This document shows, piece after piece, positions 23,017-31,757 of a DNA stretch of 64,000 bases. Made by a program: the position numbers and the translations under genes. The notes beneath the pieces were generated by a model. It worked only from the letters and a program-made list of their open reading frames with translations, was not told where the DNA came from and did not search any database. The stretch is from Candidatus Heimdallarchaeota archaeon (lineage in GTDB: Archaea > Asgardarchaeota > Heimdallarchaeia > Heimdallarchaeales > Heimdallarchaeaceae): the NCBI GenBank assembly GCA_018238545.1, contig JABCTC010000012.1, positions 26,470-90,469 of the forward strand, given 5' to 3'. The first letter of the stretch is position 1, and the number at the start of each line of letters is the position of its first letter.

Positions 23017-23718
23017 CTAATTACTTTTGGAGCTAGCTAACTCTTCTTCTAGTTCTTCTATCCGAACCTGACTTTCCAACAATTTTTTCTGAAATGTTTC
23101 TCCAACTTCAGCTTGAGTTTTCTCAAAATGTTCCTTGGCTTCCTCTAGCTCTTTTTTCATCTTGTCTCTTTCGTCTTTTGCTCTCTTGATCTCTTCACTT
23201 TCTCGTGCCTCTTGAACTGCTTTCACCATTAATTCATCAAGACTCCCAGAGGAGACATCGTATTTCGTAGAAATCAGCATCTTTAGACTTTGCAACTCTT
23301 CTGCACTAACTATAGGTCGATTGGATATCATATCGCTTACTTTTTCATTTAATGCTTTCTTCTCAACTAGCAAATCAGCAACTTGAGCTTTAAATTTCCT
23401 ATTTTCATCTGATAATTCAGATGAGTTGCTCAGTTCGATGTCCAGTGATCGTCGGAGATGTTCAAGATCATCTGTTCCTTGTCCGAGTTCATTAACATAT
23501 TTCACAATCATGATCATATATTCTCTAACAATTGGATGTAAGAGCTCCCAGTATTCAATTAGTTCTCTTTCGACATCTTTTAGCCTTGTATCTTTTTTGT
23601 CTGAAGGTAATTTAACATACACAGGACTGTCTACATTAAATGATGGCAAATAGTCTGGAACATAGTTGAAAATAGTTTCCCCTTTATGCTTTTTTGGTTT
23701 TGACATAGAATAACCCAT
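23017..23718 (-). CDS. Coiled-coil protein, probably co-transcribed with the Rab-like GTPase
   Basis: Heptad-rich E/K helices; 12-bp gap to the GTPase start. Confidence 0.7.
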   Translation of the reverse strand: MGYSMSKPKKHKGETIFNYVPDYLPSFNVDSPVYVKLPSDKKDTRLKDVERELIEYWELLHPIVREYMIMIVKYVNELGQGTDDLEHLRRSLDIELSNSSELSDENRKFKAQVADLLVEKKALNEKVSDMISNRPIVSAEELQSLKMLISTKYDVSSGSLDELMVKAVQEARESEEIKRAKDERDKMKKELEEAKEHFEKTQAEVGETFQKKLLESQVRIEELEEELASSKSN

Positions 23719-23773
23719 GTAATTTAATTTGTTCTCAAAAATAAACCTTACGAAACTGATAAAACAAAAAAAA

Positions 23774-24070
23774 CTATGATCCGGTTCTTTCTTTCACTTT
23801 ACTTTCTTGATTAAGCAGCGTTTTGTCTAATTCTAGAAAACCTCTAAGAATTTGGCTATCAAATACAATCTCTCCAAACTTACAATAATTATCAATAAGT
23901 TTGTCAATTGTTTTATCACTCAATCCCTTATCAATGAATTTACCCATTAAGAAATTCTTAACAGATTTCTTCTTCTTCTTCTTTTTTCTAGAATGCCATT
24001 TAAATTTTGTTCTAAAAATAATTCCATAATAAAGCGTAATTAATGGATTGAATATTGCCATTATACCCAA
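23774..24070 (-). CDS. Small hypothetical protein with a poly-Lys tract
   Basis: GAGGTG SD upstream of the TTG start; C-terminal half resembles the neighbouring gene (FIDKGLSDKTIDKLIDNY). Confidence 0.55.
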   Translation of the reverse strand: MGIMAIFNPLITLYYGIIFRTKFKWHSRKKKKKKKSVKNFLMGKFIDKGLSDKTIDKLIDNYCKFGEIVFDSQILRGFLELDKTLLNQESKVKERTGS

Positions 24071-24095
24071 AGTTGCACCTCAGAATATGTTATTT

Positions 24096-24500
24096 TTATT
24101 CTTTTTTCTTTAACATAGAAGCAAATCGATCTAAATTGGCTGAGTACTCACAAATAATTTTTTCAGCTGTAGGTTTGGTAATTCCTTCTTCTAGTAATTT
24201 CTTGTAAATTGTTACAATAGCATCTGCAAAACTGTCAGCCAATTCAACGTCGTAAATCGCATTTAGAAATTGCTCAACAAGAACACCAACTTCTGCTGAG
24301 AGAACCTTTACAATTTCTTTTGTCTGTGAAAAATCTTTGATAGATTTTTTGTGTTTTTCGCCCCTTAAATCGTTAATATTCTTTTTGCCTTTCTTAGTAA
24401 CATAGTTATTGTTAGCCACCAAATCACCACGTTTCATGATATTCTCACCTATAGAATTTAAAATGTTTCCCCTCTGGGCTATTGTTAAAACAGATAACAT
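24096..24500 (-). CDS. Small helical hypothetical protein
   Basis: IYKKLLEEGITKPTAEKIICEY motif. The real start is probably downstream (MKRGDL, after a GGTGA SD). Confidence 0.55.
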   Translation of the reverse strand: MLSVLTIAQRGNILNSIGENIMKRGDLVANNNYVTKKGKKNINDLRGEKHKKSIKDFSQTKEIVKVLSAEVGVLVEQFLNAIYDVELADSFADAIVTIYKKLLEEGITKPTAEKIICEYSANLDRFASMLKKKE

Positions 24501-24543
24501 ATTTTTGAAATAAAATACAAAAATAATTCAAGATTAGTAGCTA

Positions 24544-25215
24544 TTAATTACTTTCTTTAGCAGGTTCACTATTTTTTAGCTGAATTGAGACATAAACGAA
24601 TCTTTGAATCACAGTTATAACACAAAGAGCTGTTAATACCATGTAACCAATTGAGAAACCAGTTATAGCAAAATGTAGACCAATTAATTCTATATTGATA
24701 GCAAGAGTGCCAACTTGAAGTCCAAATGAAGGCACTAAAAGAACGACAAACATTAAAACCATCAAAACAAGCCATCTTTCAGCTCTCTCCATAATGCCCA
24801 TAGCCATTTTCTTTACTCCAACACTTTCCCCTTTTGCTCTAATATAACTGATTAGAAGGGAAGCGGCTACCATTGTTATTCCAGTAATTGCATCAACCTG
24901 TTTGCTGAATATTATCCCTCCAAAAACACATACATCACTAATTCTGTCAAAAATACTGTCCAGAAATGAACCTTGTTTTGAATCAAGTTGCCTGTATCTA
25001 GCCACTCCTCCATCTATGAAATCCATTGCTCCTCCAAACCATATGAGTATAAATGCTACTAAGAAATTATCTAAAGCTAGAAATATTCCTGTAGAAATTG
25101 ACAATAGCAATCCAATTACAGTAAATACGGTTGGATGAAGACCTAATTTGGCAAAGAAAATAATTACAGGCTGAACTATTCGAGTCAATGGTTCACGAAT
25201 CTGGGAAATTACCAT
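24544..25215 (-). CDS. CDP-alcohol phosphatidyltransferase (archaetidylinositol-phosphate synthase-like)
   Basis: Signature DFIDGGVAR...GSFLDSIFDRISD; SYIRAKGE; ERAER. Confidence 0.88.
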   Translation of the reverse strand: MVISQIREPLTRIVQPVIIFFAKLGLHPTVFTVIGLLLSISTGIFLALDNFLVAFILIWFGGAMDFIDGGVARYRQLDSKQGSFLDSIFDRISDVCVFGGIIFSKQVDAITGITMVAASLLISYIRAKGESVGVKKMAMGIMERAERWLVLMVLMFVVLLVPSFGLQVGTLAINIELIGLHFAITGFSIGYMVLTALCVITVIQRFVYVSIQLKNSEPAKESN

Positions 25216-25392
25216 GGCAAGTCAAATTCCATCTCCTCACTTTTTAATGTTTCTGTAACTATTATCCAATACATATTTTTGTTTATTTTAGTAAAAAGAA
25301 TAAGTTGAATCCCCTTTCTCAGATTCATCTGAAAATTAGTTAAAATGGAAATTTTTTGATATGAATGAGTATCCAAAAATCGTTTTTATAGC

Positions 25393-25755
25393 TTATATTT
25401 TCAAGATTTCATTCATTTCTTCCATTTTAATAAGAAATATTCGCTTGTTTCCCCTCTTATTGGTGGAACTTACCATATCATAGGAATTTTGTGAAAACCT
25501 ATTTCCGATGATTATTGCCCCATCACAGTTCATATCTTCTAACTTGTGCTCTGTTCTTATTATAGTGTTAGTTCCTATACTTTTCTTCCAATGAAAGGCA
25601 AACACTGCAAATCTTTGATCCTCATTTTCAACAATATATGGTAAAATTCTATTATTTTCATCTAAATTTACATCACTTAACACTTTCACTTTACCATATC
25701 GATTGAGAAATTTACCGACCTTCTCTTCAAACATCTTACTTTCCATCTTCTTCAT
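25393..25755 (-). CDS. Mrr-like restriction-endonuclease-fold protein, degenerate active site
   Basis: FEEKVGKFL helix, WKKSIGTNTI, GAIIIGNRFS..., IFLI pattern of Mrr_cat; the PD-(D/E)xK residues are not conserved. Confidence 0.55.
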   Translation of the reverse strand: MKKMESKMFEEKVGKFLNRYGKVKVLSDVNLDENNRILPYIVENEDQRFAVFAFHWKKSIGTNTIIRTEHKLEDMNCDGAIIIGNRFSQNSYDMVSSTNKRGNKRIFLIKMEEMNEILKI

Positions 25756-25848
25756 TAGAGATATTTTGTCGGAATATTTGATTGTTGGTAACTCTAAAGT
25801 ATTACATTTGAAAGAAAATTTAGAAAAATTCCAGAGAATGAAGATAGT

Positions 25849-26163
25849 TTAACGCCTTCGCATCTGTAAACCTTCGTTTTTCTCTTCTTCTTTTTCGTCA
25901 GCATCTTTTGATGGTATTGAATGCTTATATGATGTACGAGATGTGAAAAGAATAATCGATAACCCCATAATACCTAAGCCTGCAAAAAAGCCATATTCAT
26001 TATCGAGAAATACTTGAAACACTAAAATTAAAGTCATTCCTGCTACAAAGAGTAGCCCAATGATGACTGTATATATTAAGTTGAATCTCTTATTGTGGAA
26101 TAGCCCTGTCTTCTTTGTGGGTTGCTCTTCTTTTTCAGGCGTGTTCTTCTTTTTTGAGCTCAT
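25849..26163 (-). CDS. Small two-TM membrane protein
   Basis: Two hydrophobic helices flanked by charged tails. Confidence 0.65.
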   Translation of the reverse strand: MSSKKKNTPEKEEQPTKKTGLFHNKRFNLIYTVIIGLLFVAGMTLILVFQVFLDNEYGFFAGLGIMGLSIILFTSRTSYKHSIPSKDADEKEEEKNEGLQMRRR

Positions 26164-26232
26164 ATTTGCTACAACTCTTTACAATTTAAGAATTTATTCG
26201 TTTAATGAAAGAGAATGAATGGAGTTAGAACT

Positions 26233-26619
26233 TCATGGAAACCATTCTGGAAACATAACACCGGAGATAGGAACGCCCCCATTCATCATCCAAACAAGTG
26301 CCCAGATGGCAGTCATTGTTATGAAATATTGAAACATTGCAGATGTGAAATATGATCTTATTTTGATTCCTGGTTCTTTCTTTCTAAATAGTAACATCCA
26401 GACTAAAGAGATTGTTAAGAAAAGTAGTAACATGGTTAATCCTGCTGGCCACCTTACAAAGCGTGTAGCACCAAAAATTGCTCCCGCAACAAACGCTAGA
26501 ACGACCTTAGACCAATATACTTGGTTCATTACAGCCATATCTTTTATTTTTTGAAGGATATTCTTAGGTTTCAAACTATTTTTAATCTTATCTGTAAATT
26601 TTAATTTATCTGTGGACAA
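26233..26619 (-). CDS. EMC6/OPTI (Rab5IP family)-like three-TM membrane protein
   Basis: VYWSKVVLAFVAGAIFG...GLTMLLLF...YFTSAMFQYFITMTAIWALVW matches the 3-TM pattern of EMC6/C20orf24 (IYWxR...GxxxG...F...W). Confidence 0.65.
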   Translation of the reverse strand: MSTDKLKFTDKIKNSLKPKNILQKIKDMAVMNQVYWSKVVLAFVAGAIFGATRFVRWPAGLTMLLLFLTISLVWMLLFRKKEPGIKIRSYFTSAMFQYFITMTAIWALVWMMNGGVPISGVMFPEWFP

Positions 26620-26639
26620 TTCAAATCACCGTGATCAAC

Positions 26640-28655
26640 ATGAAGACATCATTATCTAGTATTGACATATCTGCTTTAGTACATGAGTTGCAACCAAAAT
26701 TAATTGGAAGCTGGGTTAATAATATTTATTCAATATCGAAAAATCGAGTTATATTAAGATTTCGTAAGTCAACAGAAAGTCCTATGGAGCTCGTTATAGA
26801 ACTTGGAAAACGCTTTCATCTTACGAAATATGTTAGAAAAAAACCAGTATCACCAAACAACAAAATAATGACCCTAAGAAAGCATATTAGAAACCTACCA
26901 GTGAACAAGTTTTACCAAAGGAAACTTGATCGTGTGATAGTTTTCGAGATTGCTTATAAAGATGGTTTCTACAAATTGGTTATTGAATTGTTCGGGGATG
27001 GAAATTTTATTCTAGTCGGTCCAAACAATAAGATAATACTTGCTTATCATTATAGAAGAATGAAAGATCGTGATATTCATCCTGGAAAGATCTACAAATT
27101 CCCCCCCTCTCCTAACGAAAACATAACTACATTAACTCAAGAGCTATTTGAAGAGAAAATTAAAACAGCTGAAGGTAAAATCATCAATTTTCTAAATGAT
27201 ATTCTTGGACTAGGACCGTTATATTCAAAGGACATTTTAACTAAATCAAACGTCCAAACAAAAATCATAGAAGAATTAGATGATGAGTCTAAAGAATTGC
27301 TTTACAACCAGATTAGTGCATTAAAAGAACATATTGCTGAGAAAAACTTCACTTTTACTAAGTATATTGATGAAGATGAAGTTGTTGATATCACCCCTTT
27401 AGAGCTCTCAAAATATAGTGATTTAGAGAAGCTTGAAATTGAATCATTCAATGATGAACTTGATGATTTCTTCTCAAATCAGGAAGAAGAACCTGAATAT
27501 GTTGAAGATAAAAAAGTAACTACTGGAAAAAAGACCAAATATCAGAAAACTCTCCAGAGTCAGCAAAATCATCGAAAAAAACTGATACAACAAGAAGAAG
27601 AAGAGAAACAAAAAGGAAATCTACTCTATGATTATTTTGCTGCAATTGATGAACTATTAACAACTATAGTGAGTGCAAGACAGAACGATATTCCTTGGGA
27701 CAAAATAGTTGAGAAGCTAGAACTAGCTCGAGAAAAAGGTATCCCGTCAGCTGTAATTCTTGAGAAAATTAACCCTAAAACTAAACAATTATGGCTAAAT
27801 CTCCTTAATGAAAGAACAGGTGAGAAAGAAATCATTGAACTAGATTTTACTTTACCCTTGGTGGAAAGTGCTAATTTACTCTATGAGAAATCAAAGAAGG
27901 CTAGAAGAAAAATACCCGGAGCTAATGATGCAATAGCTAGATCGAAGAAACTGATTGACGATGTAGCATCTACTCAAGAAGAAATTATTGAGAAAGTCGA
28001 ATCAACACCTATGGTACTTAAAAGAAACAAGCGCTGGTATGAGAAATTCCATTGGTTTTTACGTGGAGATCAATTAATAATTGGTGGTACAGATGCTAAT
28101 TCTAATGAAAGAATACTGAAAACATATCTCGATGATAATGATTATTTCTTTCATGCTGACGTTCATGGTGCTCCCTATGTCGTAGCTAAAGATGGCTTAT
28201 CTAATCTTTCAGAAGAAGATTTTCAAGAAATAGCTGTGTTCGCTTTAAGTTACTCAAGTTTGTGGAAGGATAATAAGCTTGTAGGAGATGTTTTTCGAGT
28301 TCTGCCCGATCAAGTTAGTCTTACTCCTCCTTCAGGGCAGTTTTTAGCTAAAGGTAGCGTCATGATATATGGTGAGAAGCATTATTTCAAGAATGTTGAA
28401 ATAAACCATGCAATTGGTCTGGTAATTTTTGAGAACTATGCTCAAATTATAGGCGGGCCAGTAACAAGTATTGATCAAAGAACAACCATGTATGTTGAAA
28501 TCAAACCTGGCGATGTTCCCAAAGGAAAGATAGCTAATCAGATCAAAGCTAAGCTAGCAAAACAGTGCCCTTCTGAAGATCTTTACAAACTAGACGCTTT
28601 GACCATCAATGATTTATTACCATTCATACCTGGTGATGCAGAGATTATTGAATAA
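26640..28655 (+). CDS. rqcH: Archaeal ribosome quality-control factor RqcH/Rqc2 (NEMF/NFACT family)
   Basis: NFACT-N (LRKHI, LDRVIVF, LVIELFGDGNFIL), coiled coil, WYEKFHWF, GGTDANSNE, FFHADVHGAP, QVSLTPPSGQFLAKGSVMIYG. Confidence 0.9.
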   Translation: MKTSLSSIDISALVHELQPKLIGSWVNNIYSISKNRVILRFRKSTESPMELVIELGKRFHLTKYVRKKPVSPNNKIMTLRKHIRNLPVNKFYQRKLDRVIVFEIAYKDGFYKLVIELFGDGNFILVGPNNKIILAYHYRRMKDRDIHPGKIYKFPPSPNENITTLTQELFEEKIKTAEGKIINFLNDILGLGPLYSKDILTKSNVQTKIIEELDDESKELLYNQISALKEHIAEKNFTFTKYIDEDEVVDITPLELSKYSDLEKLEIESFNDELDDFFSNQEEEPEYVEDKKVTTGKKTKYQKTLQSQQNHRKKLIQQEEEEKQKGNLLYDYFAAIDELLTTIVSARQNDIPWDKIVEKLELAREKGIPSAVILEKINPKTKQLWLNLLNERTGEKEIIELDFTLPLVESANLLYEKSKKARRKIPGANDAIARSKKLIDDVASTQEEIIEKVESTPMVLKRNKRWYEKFHWFLRGDQLIIGGTDANSNERILKTYLDDNDYFFHADVHGAPYVVAKDGLSNLSEEDFQEIAVFALSYSSLWKDNKLVGDVFRVLPDQVSLTPPSGQFLAKGSVMIYGEKHYFKNVEINHAIGLVIFENYAQIIGGPVTSIDQRTTMYVEIKPGDVPKGKIANQIKAKLAKQCPSEDLYKLDALTINDLLPFIPGDAEIIE

Positions 28656-28728
28656 ATATAGGAAAACAAGCAGAAAATGTAAAACCTTTAAAGGCACAAA
28701 TAATCTTACGTTAACATAAGCAACTAGG

Positions 28729-29328
28729 ATGTTTTACAAAGTGAAATCAATATTCGATAGGAAAAAATTCGAACTTGCTCTCAGTGAGATAATGACAACT
28801 AAAGTTATTTCTATAACTCTTGAGACATCAGCTGAGGTTTGTGCAAAATTGATGGTTGAAAATCATATAGGTTCAATAATCGTTCTTGACAAAAATAACA
28901 AAGCACTTGGAATTATTACAAAGGAGAATTTGATTAAGAATGTAATCGCAGCAAACGCGGATGCATCAGCTGTTTTAGCTTTAGATATAATGTCAAGTCC
29001 TGTTATTACTGCTCCACAAACTATGACAGTCATACAAGCAATGCAATTAATGTCCAAACAAAGAATAAGGCACTTAGTCATTCTTAAAGGAGGTAAAGTT
29101 GCTGGAATGTGTTCCGATACAGATATTTTCAAGGTTGTCCCCCAACTTATCATGCTGGAACAAGAATATTTGAAAGTATTAGGAGAATCTCAAATTACTG
29201 AAGAACTTCCCGATCTAGCAGGATATTGTGACGACTGCAAAGAGTTTAGAGATGATCTCATCTTCCATCAAGGTCTCTATATCTGCCATAATTGTGCTCC
29301 TGTAGGATTGTTGGAGCGTAATGAATAA
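28729..29328 (+). CDS. CBS-domain pair with C-terminal zinc finger
   Basis: IMTTKVI, IGSIIV, IMSSPVIT, IRHLVI; GYCDDC...ICHNC. Confidence 0.85.
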   Translation: MFYKVKSIFDRKKFELALSEIMTTKVISITLETSAEVCAKLMVENHIGSIIVLDKNNKALGIITKENLIKNVIAANADASAVLALDIMSSPVITAPQTMTVIQAMQLMSKQRIRHLVILKGGKVAGMCSDTDIFKVVPQLIMLEQEYLKVLGESQITEELPDLAGYCDDCKEFRDDLIFHQGLYICHNCAPVGLLERNE

Positions 29329-29788
29329 GTTCTATGCAGATTCAATGCTCGGTAAATTGGCTCGTTTCTTAAGGTTTCTTGGTTATGATACTCTTTATCG
29401 TAGTGAAGAATCAGTTGAGAAAATGTTAGAAACCTCTATTGAAGATAATCGGATTGTTTTATCAAAATCAAAAGATATTGTAAATAAATGCAATAAATTG
29501 AGCATAAAATCTTTTTTTATGTCTGCTAATGAAATTGAATATCAACTCAGAGTGTTGCATAATGTTTTGCATCTAGAGATGTCTACCCCTCCCCTAAATA
29601 CCAGATGCAGTATGTGTAATAATGAATTGATTGAAAAAAACAAACAAGAAATTATTAACCTCATTCCTAAGCGTACAGCAAGCCATCATGATCGTTTTTG
29701 GCAATGTTCTGCTTGTGGAAAAATTTATTGGATAGGTAGTCATTGGAAAGATATTGAAAAAACAATAACTAGTGCAAAAGTTGGTTGA
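29321..29788 (+). CDS. Mut7-C (PIN-like) RNase domain protein
   Basis: FYADSMLGKLARFLRFLGYDT, RCSMCN, FWQCSACGKIYWIGSHW. Confidence 0.9.
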   Translation: MNKFYADSMLGKLARFLRFLGYDTLYRSEESVEKMLETSIEDNRIVLSKSKDIVNKCNKLSIKSFFMSANEIEYQLRVLHNVLHLEMSTPPLNTRCSMCNNELIEKNKQEIINLIPKRTASHHDRFWQCSACGKIYWIGSHWKDIEKTITSAKVG

Positions 29789-30410
29789 AGTTATGGATGT
29801 AAAAGATGATACTGGTATCTATTTAGTCAAATTAGCTAGACATTCTGCTAGAAGTTGGGTCATAAATAATGAAAAACCTAAACCGATTGATCCTATTCCT
29901 GAGCAAGCAAAATTCACGACGGGAGTTTTTGTTACAGTAAAAGTATTTGAAAATGGAGAAACTCATCTTAGAGGTTGCATTGGTTACATTCTAGGTATAA
30001 AATCCTTGTATGAGGAAGTAATAGACCTTTCAAGAGAATCTACACTTAATGATCCTCGATTCCCTCCTGTTAAAGAACATGAATTTTCCTCTCTGGTTTT
30101 TGAGGTAACTGTTCTAACTCCACCTGTTGAAATTGAGTATTCTGATTCTGAAGATTTACTTAAACAAATCAATGTTCCTGGAGATGGTTTAATTGTTAAA
30201 TTTGGTAAATTTCAGGGACTATTATTGCCTCAGGTACCTGTAGAACAGAATTGGGATAAAGAGGAGTTCCTTTCATATACTTGTAGAAAAGCTTACTTGC
30301 CTGTTGATATATGGAAAAAAGAGAAAATATCTGTGAAGAAATTTCAAGGAATAGTATTTAGTGAATTAGAACCAAAGGGAGAAATTAAACGATTACCTTT
30401 GAATTATTAA
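29772..30410 (+). CDS. AMMECR1-domain protein
   Basis: GVFVT, LRGCIG, DPRFPPV, GLLLPQVPVE, TCRKA. Confidence 0.92.
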   Translation: MQKLVEVMDVKDDTGIYLVKLARHSARSWVINNEKPKPIDPIPEQAKFTTGVFVTVKVFENGETHLRGCIGYILGIKSLYEEVIDLSRESTLNDPRFPPVKEHEFSSLVFEVTVLTPPVEIEYSDSEDLLKQINVPGDGLIVKFGKFQGLLLPQVPVEQNWDKEEFLSYTCRKAYLPVDIWKKEKISVKKFQGIVFSELEPKGEIKRLPLNY

Positions 30411-31366
30411 TTATAGAAAATTGAAATCTCCTCTTCTCTCAGATCTTCTACTAAGTATGGTACAAAAACTGGAATTGTGGTAGGAAATTTCATAGATATA
30501 TCCTCAAAGATGGTTTTTGACATAGCAATACTCAGACTCTGTGTTTTTTGATAATAATTTAAAACCTCTTCAACATTGAATTGTTTATCACTTGAAAATA
30601 TGACTCTTTCAGTTTTCTTGAGATTTTGTTGTAAAGCAAGCAATTTCGAGATTGCTTTTTGATATTCCTTTGGGTATTGGGAAAACTGTTTTATTGAATA
30701 TATTATTGTAATTGCTCCCCTTTTGTATAGTTGTAATATATTCGCTATATCTTCATTTTCACCAGAAATAATAACTAATACCTTGCCTTGACACCCCGCA
30801 GGAAGTCCTCCCAATCCTTTCGCAATCTGATCATAAACATATGTCACTCCTTCGCGTATTTCCAAGTATAAATAATACTCTGGATCAGTTAGATTGACTC
30901 TTAAGTTGTTATCATTAATATTGTCTAGAATGAACTCTCCAATGTCAGCTGCTATCTCTACGCTCGAAAAAGAATGCTTTCCTGTACGTTTAACTTTTAC
31001 TGCAAACGTGGAGTGATTGCGTAACCTCTCAAAAAATTGTTCCCGTATTATTCCTGTGATTTCTTGAAAATCAGTTTTGCAACTATATACTTTGCTTATG
31101 CTTGATATACCTGGAATGAAATTGCTCAAAAGATGTACTATTTTATCTGTTTCTGCTGAAAAAACAAATATTCTGCTAAATCTGTTTTCTATTTGAAATT
31201 CCTCAATATCATTATTCTTCAAAACAAATTCAATATGAGATATTAGTTTTTTTGTTAACCATCTTCTGGTTTTAGGACTTTTAATACCTATTTCAGAAAA
31301 TCTTATCAAAATTATTTGATGTTGCTCATTTAATCCAATGCTATCATCTAGATTACTCTGTTTCAA
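30407..31366 (-). CDS. THUMP-domain ThiI-like protein with degenerate PP-loop
   Basis: IRFSEIGIKS, FAVKVKRTGKHSFSS, VNLTDPE, GLGGLPAG; the PP-loop SGGxDS appears as SGENED. Confidence 0.8.
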   Translation of the reverse strand: MKQSNLDDSIGLNEQHQIILIRFSEIGIKSPKTRRWLTKKLISHIEFVLKNNDIEEFQIENRFSRIFVFSAETDKIVHLLSNFIPGISSISKVYSCKTDFQEITGIIREQFFERLRNHSTFAVKVKRTGKHSFSSVEIAADIGEFILDNINDNNLRVNLTDPEYYLYLEIREGVTYVYDQIAKGLGGLPAGCQGKVLVIISGENEDIANILQLYKRGAITIIYSIKQFSQYPKEYQKAISKLLALQQNLKKTERVIFSSDKQFNVEEVLNYYQKTQSLSIAMSKTIFEDISMKFPTTIPVFVPYLVEDLREEEISIFYN

Positions 31367-31613
31367 AGAAATCTATACCCTCTATGAATCTCTCGCGTCT
31401 AGCCTCAATTTCAGCTTCAGTAAACCCACTTTCTCCTTCAGAGTCGACAACTTCTATGACGTCTGAAACTTTATGTTCAATCTCATCAGCTACTTCATAA
31501 GCATTTTTTTCTTCAAGTTTAGATTCATATCCACACTTAGAACAGGCTAAGATTTTTGATTTTCCCTTCTTCTTTGGGATTAACAATTTTCCACATTCTG
31601 GACAAAATTCCAT
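31353..31613 (-). CDS. TFS/RPB9-like N-terminal zinc-ribbon protein lacking the C-terminal ribbon
   Basis: MEFCPECGKLLIP...CSKCGYE followed by an acidic helix. Confidence 0.75.
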   Translation of the reverse strand: MEFCPECGKLLIPKKKGKSKILACSKCGYESKLEEKNAYEVADEIEHKVSDVIEVVDSEGESGFTEAEIEARRERFIEGIDFFETE

Positions 31614-31757
31614 TTCAAACCCTCAACTTGTGATTTTTTTTCTATATGTTCGTTCAACCTTTTGAACGTTTCTGTTTGATACAAATTAGACGGAATCTTC
31701 CATAAGTAAGTTATTTCAAACTACAAACTTTTTAACCAAGGTTTACAAATTAATTTT

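Noticed and set aside
23968-23988. (CTT)n microsatellite
   Set aside because: It encodes an in-frame poly-Lys tract, with no frameshift evidence.
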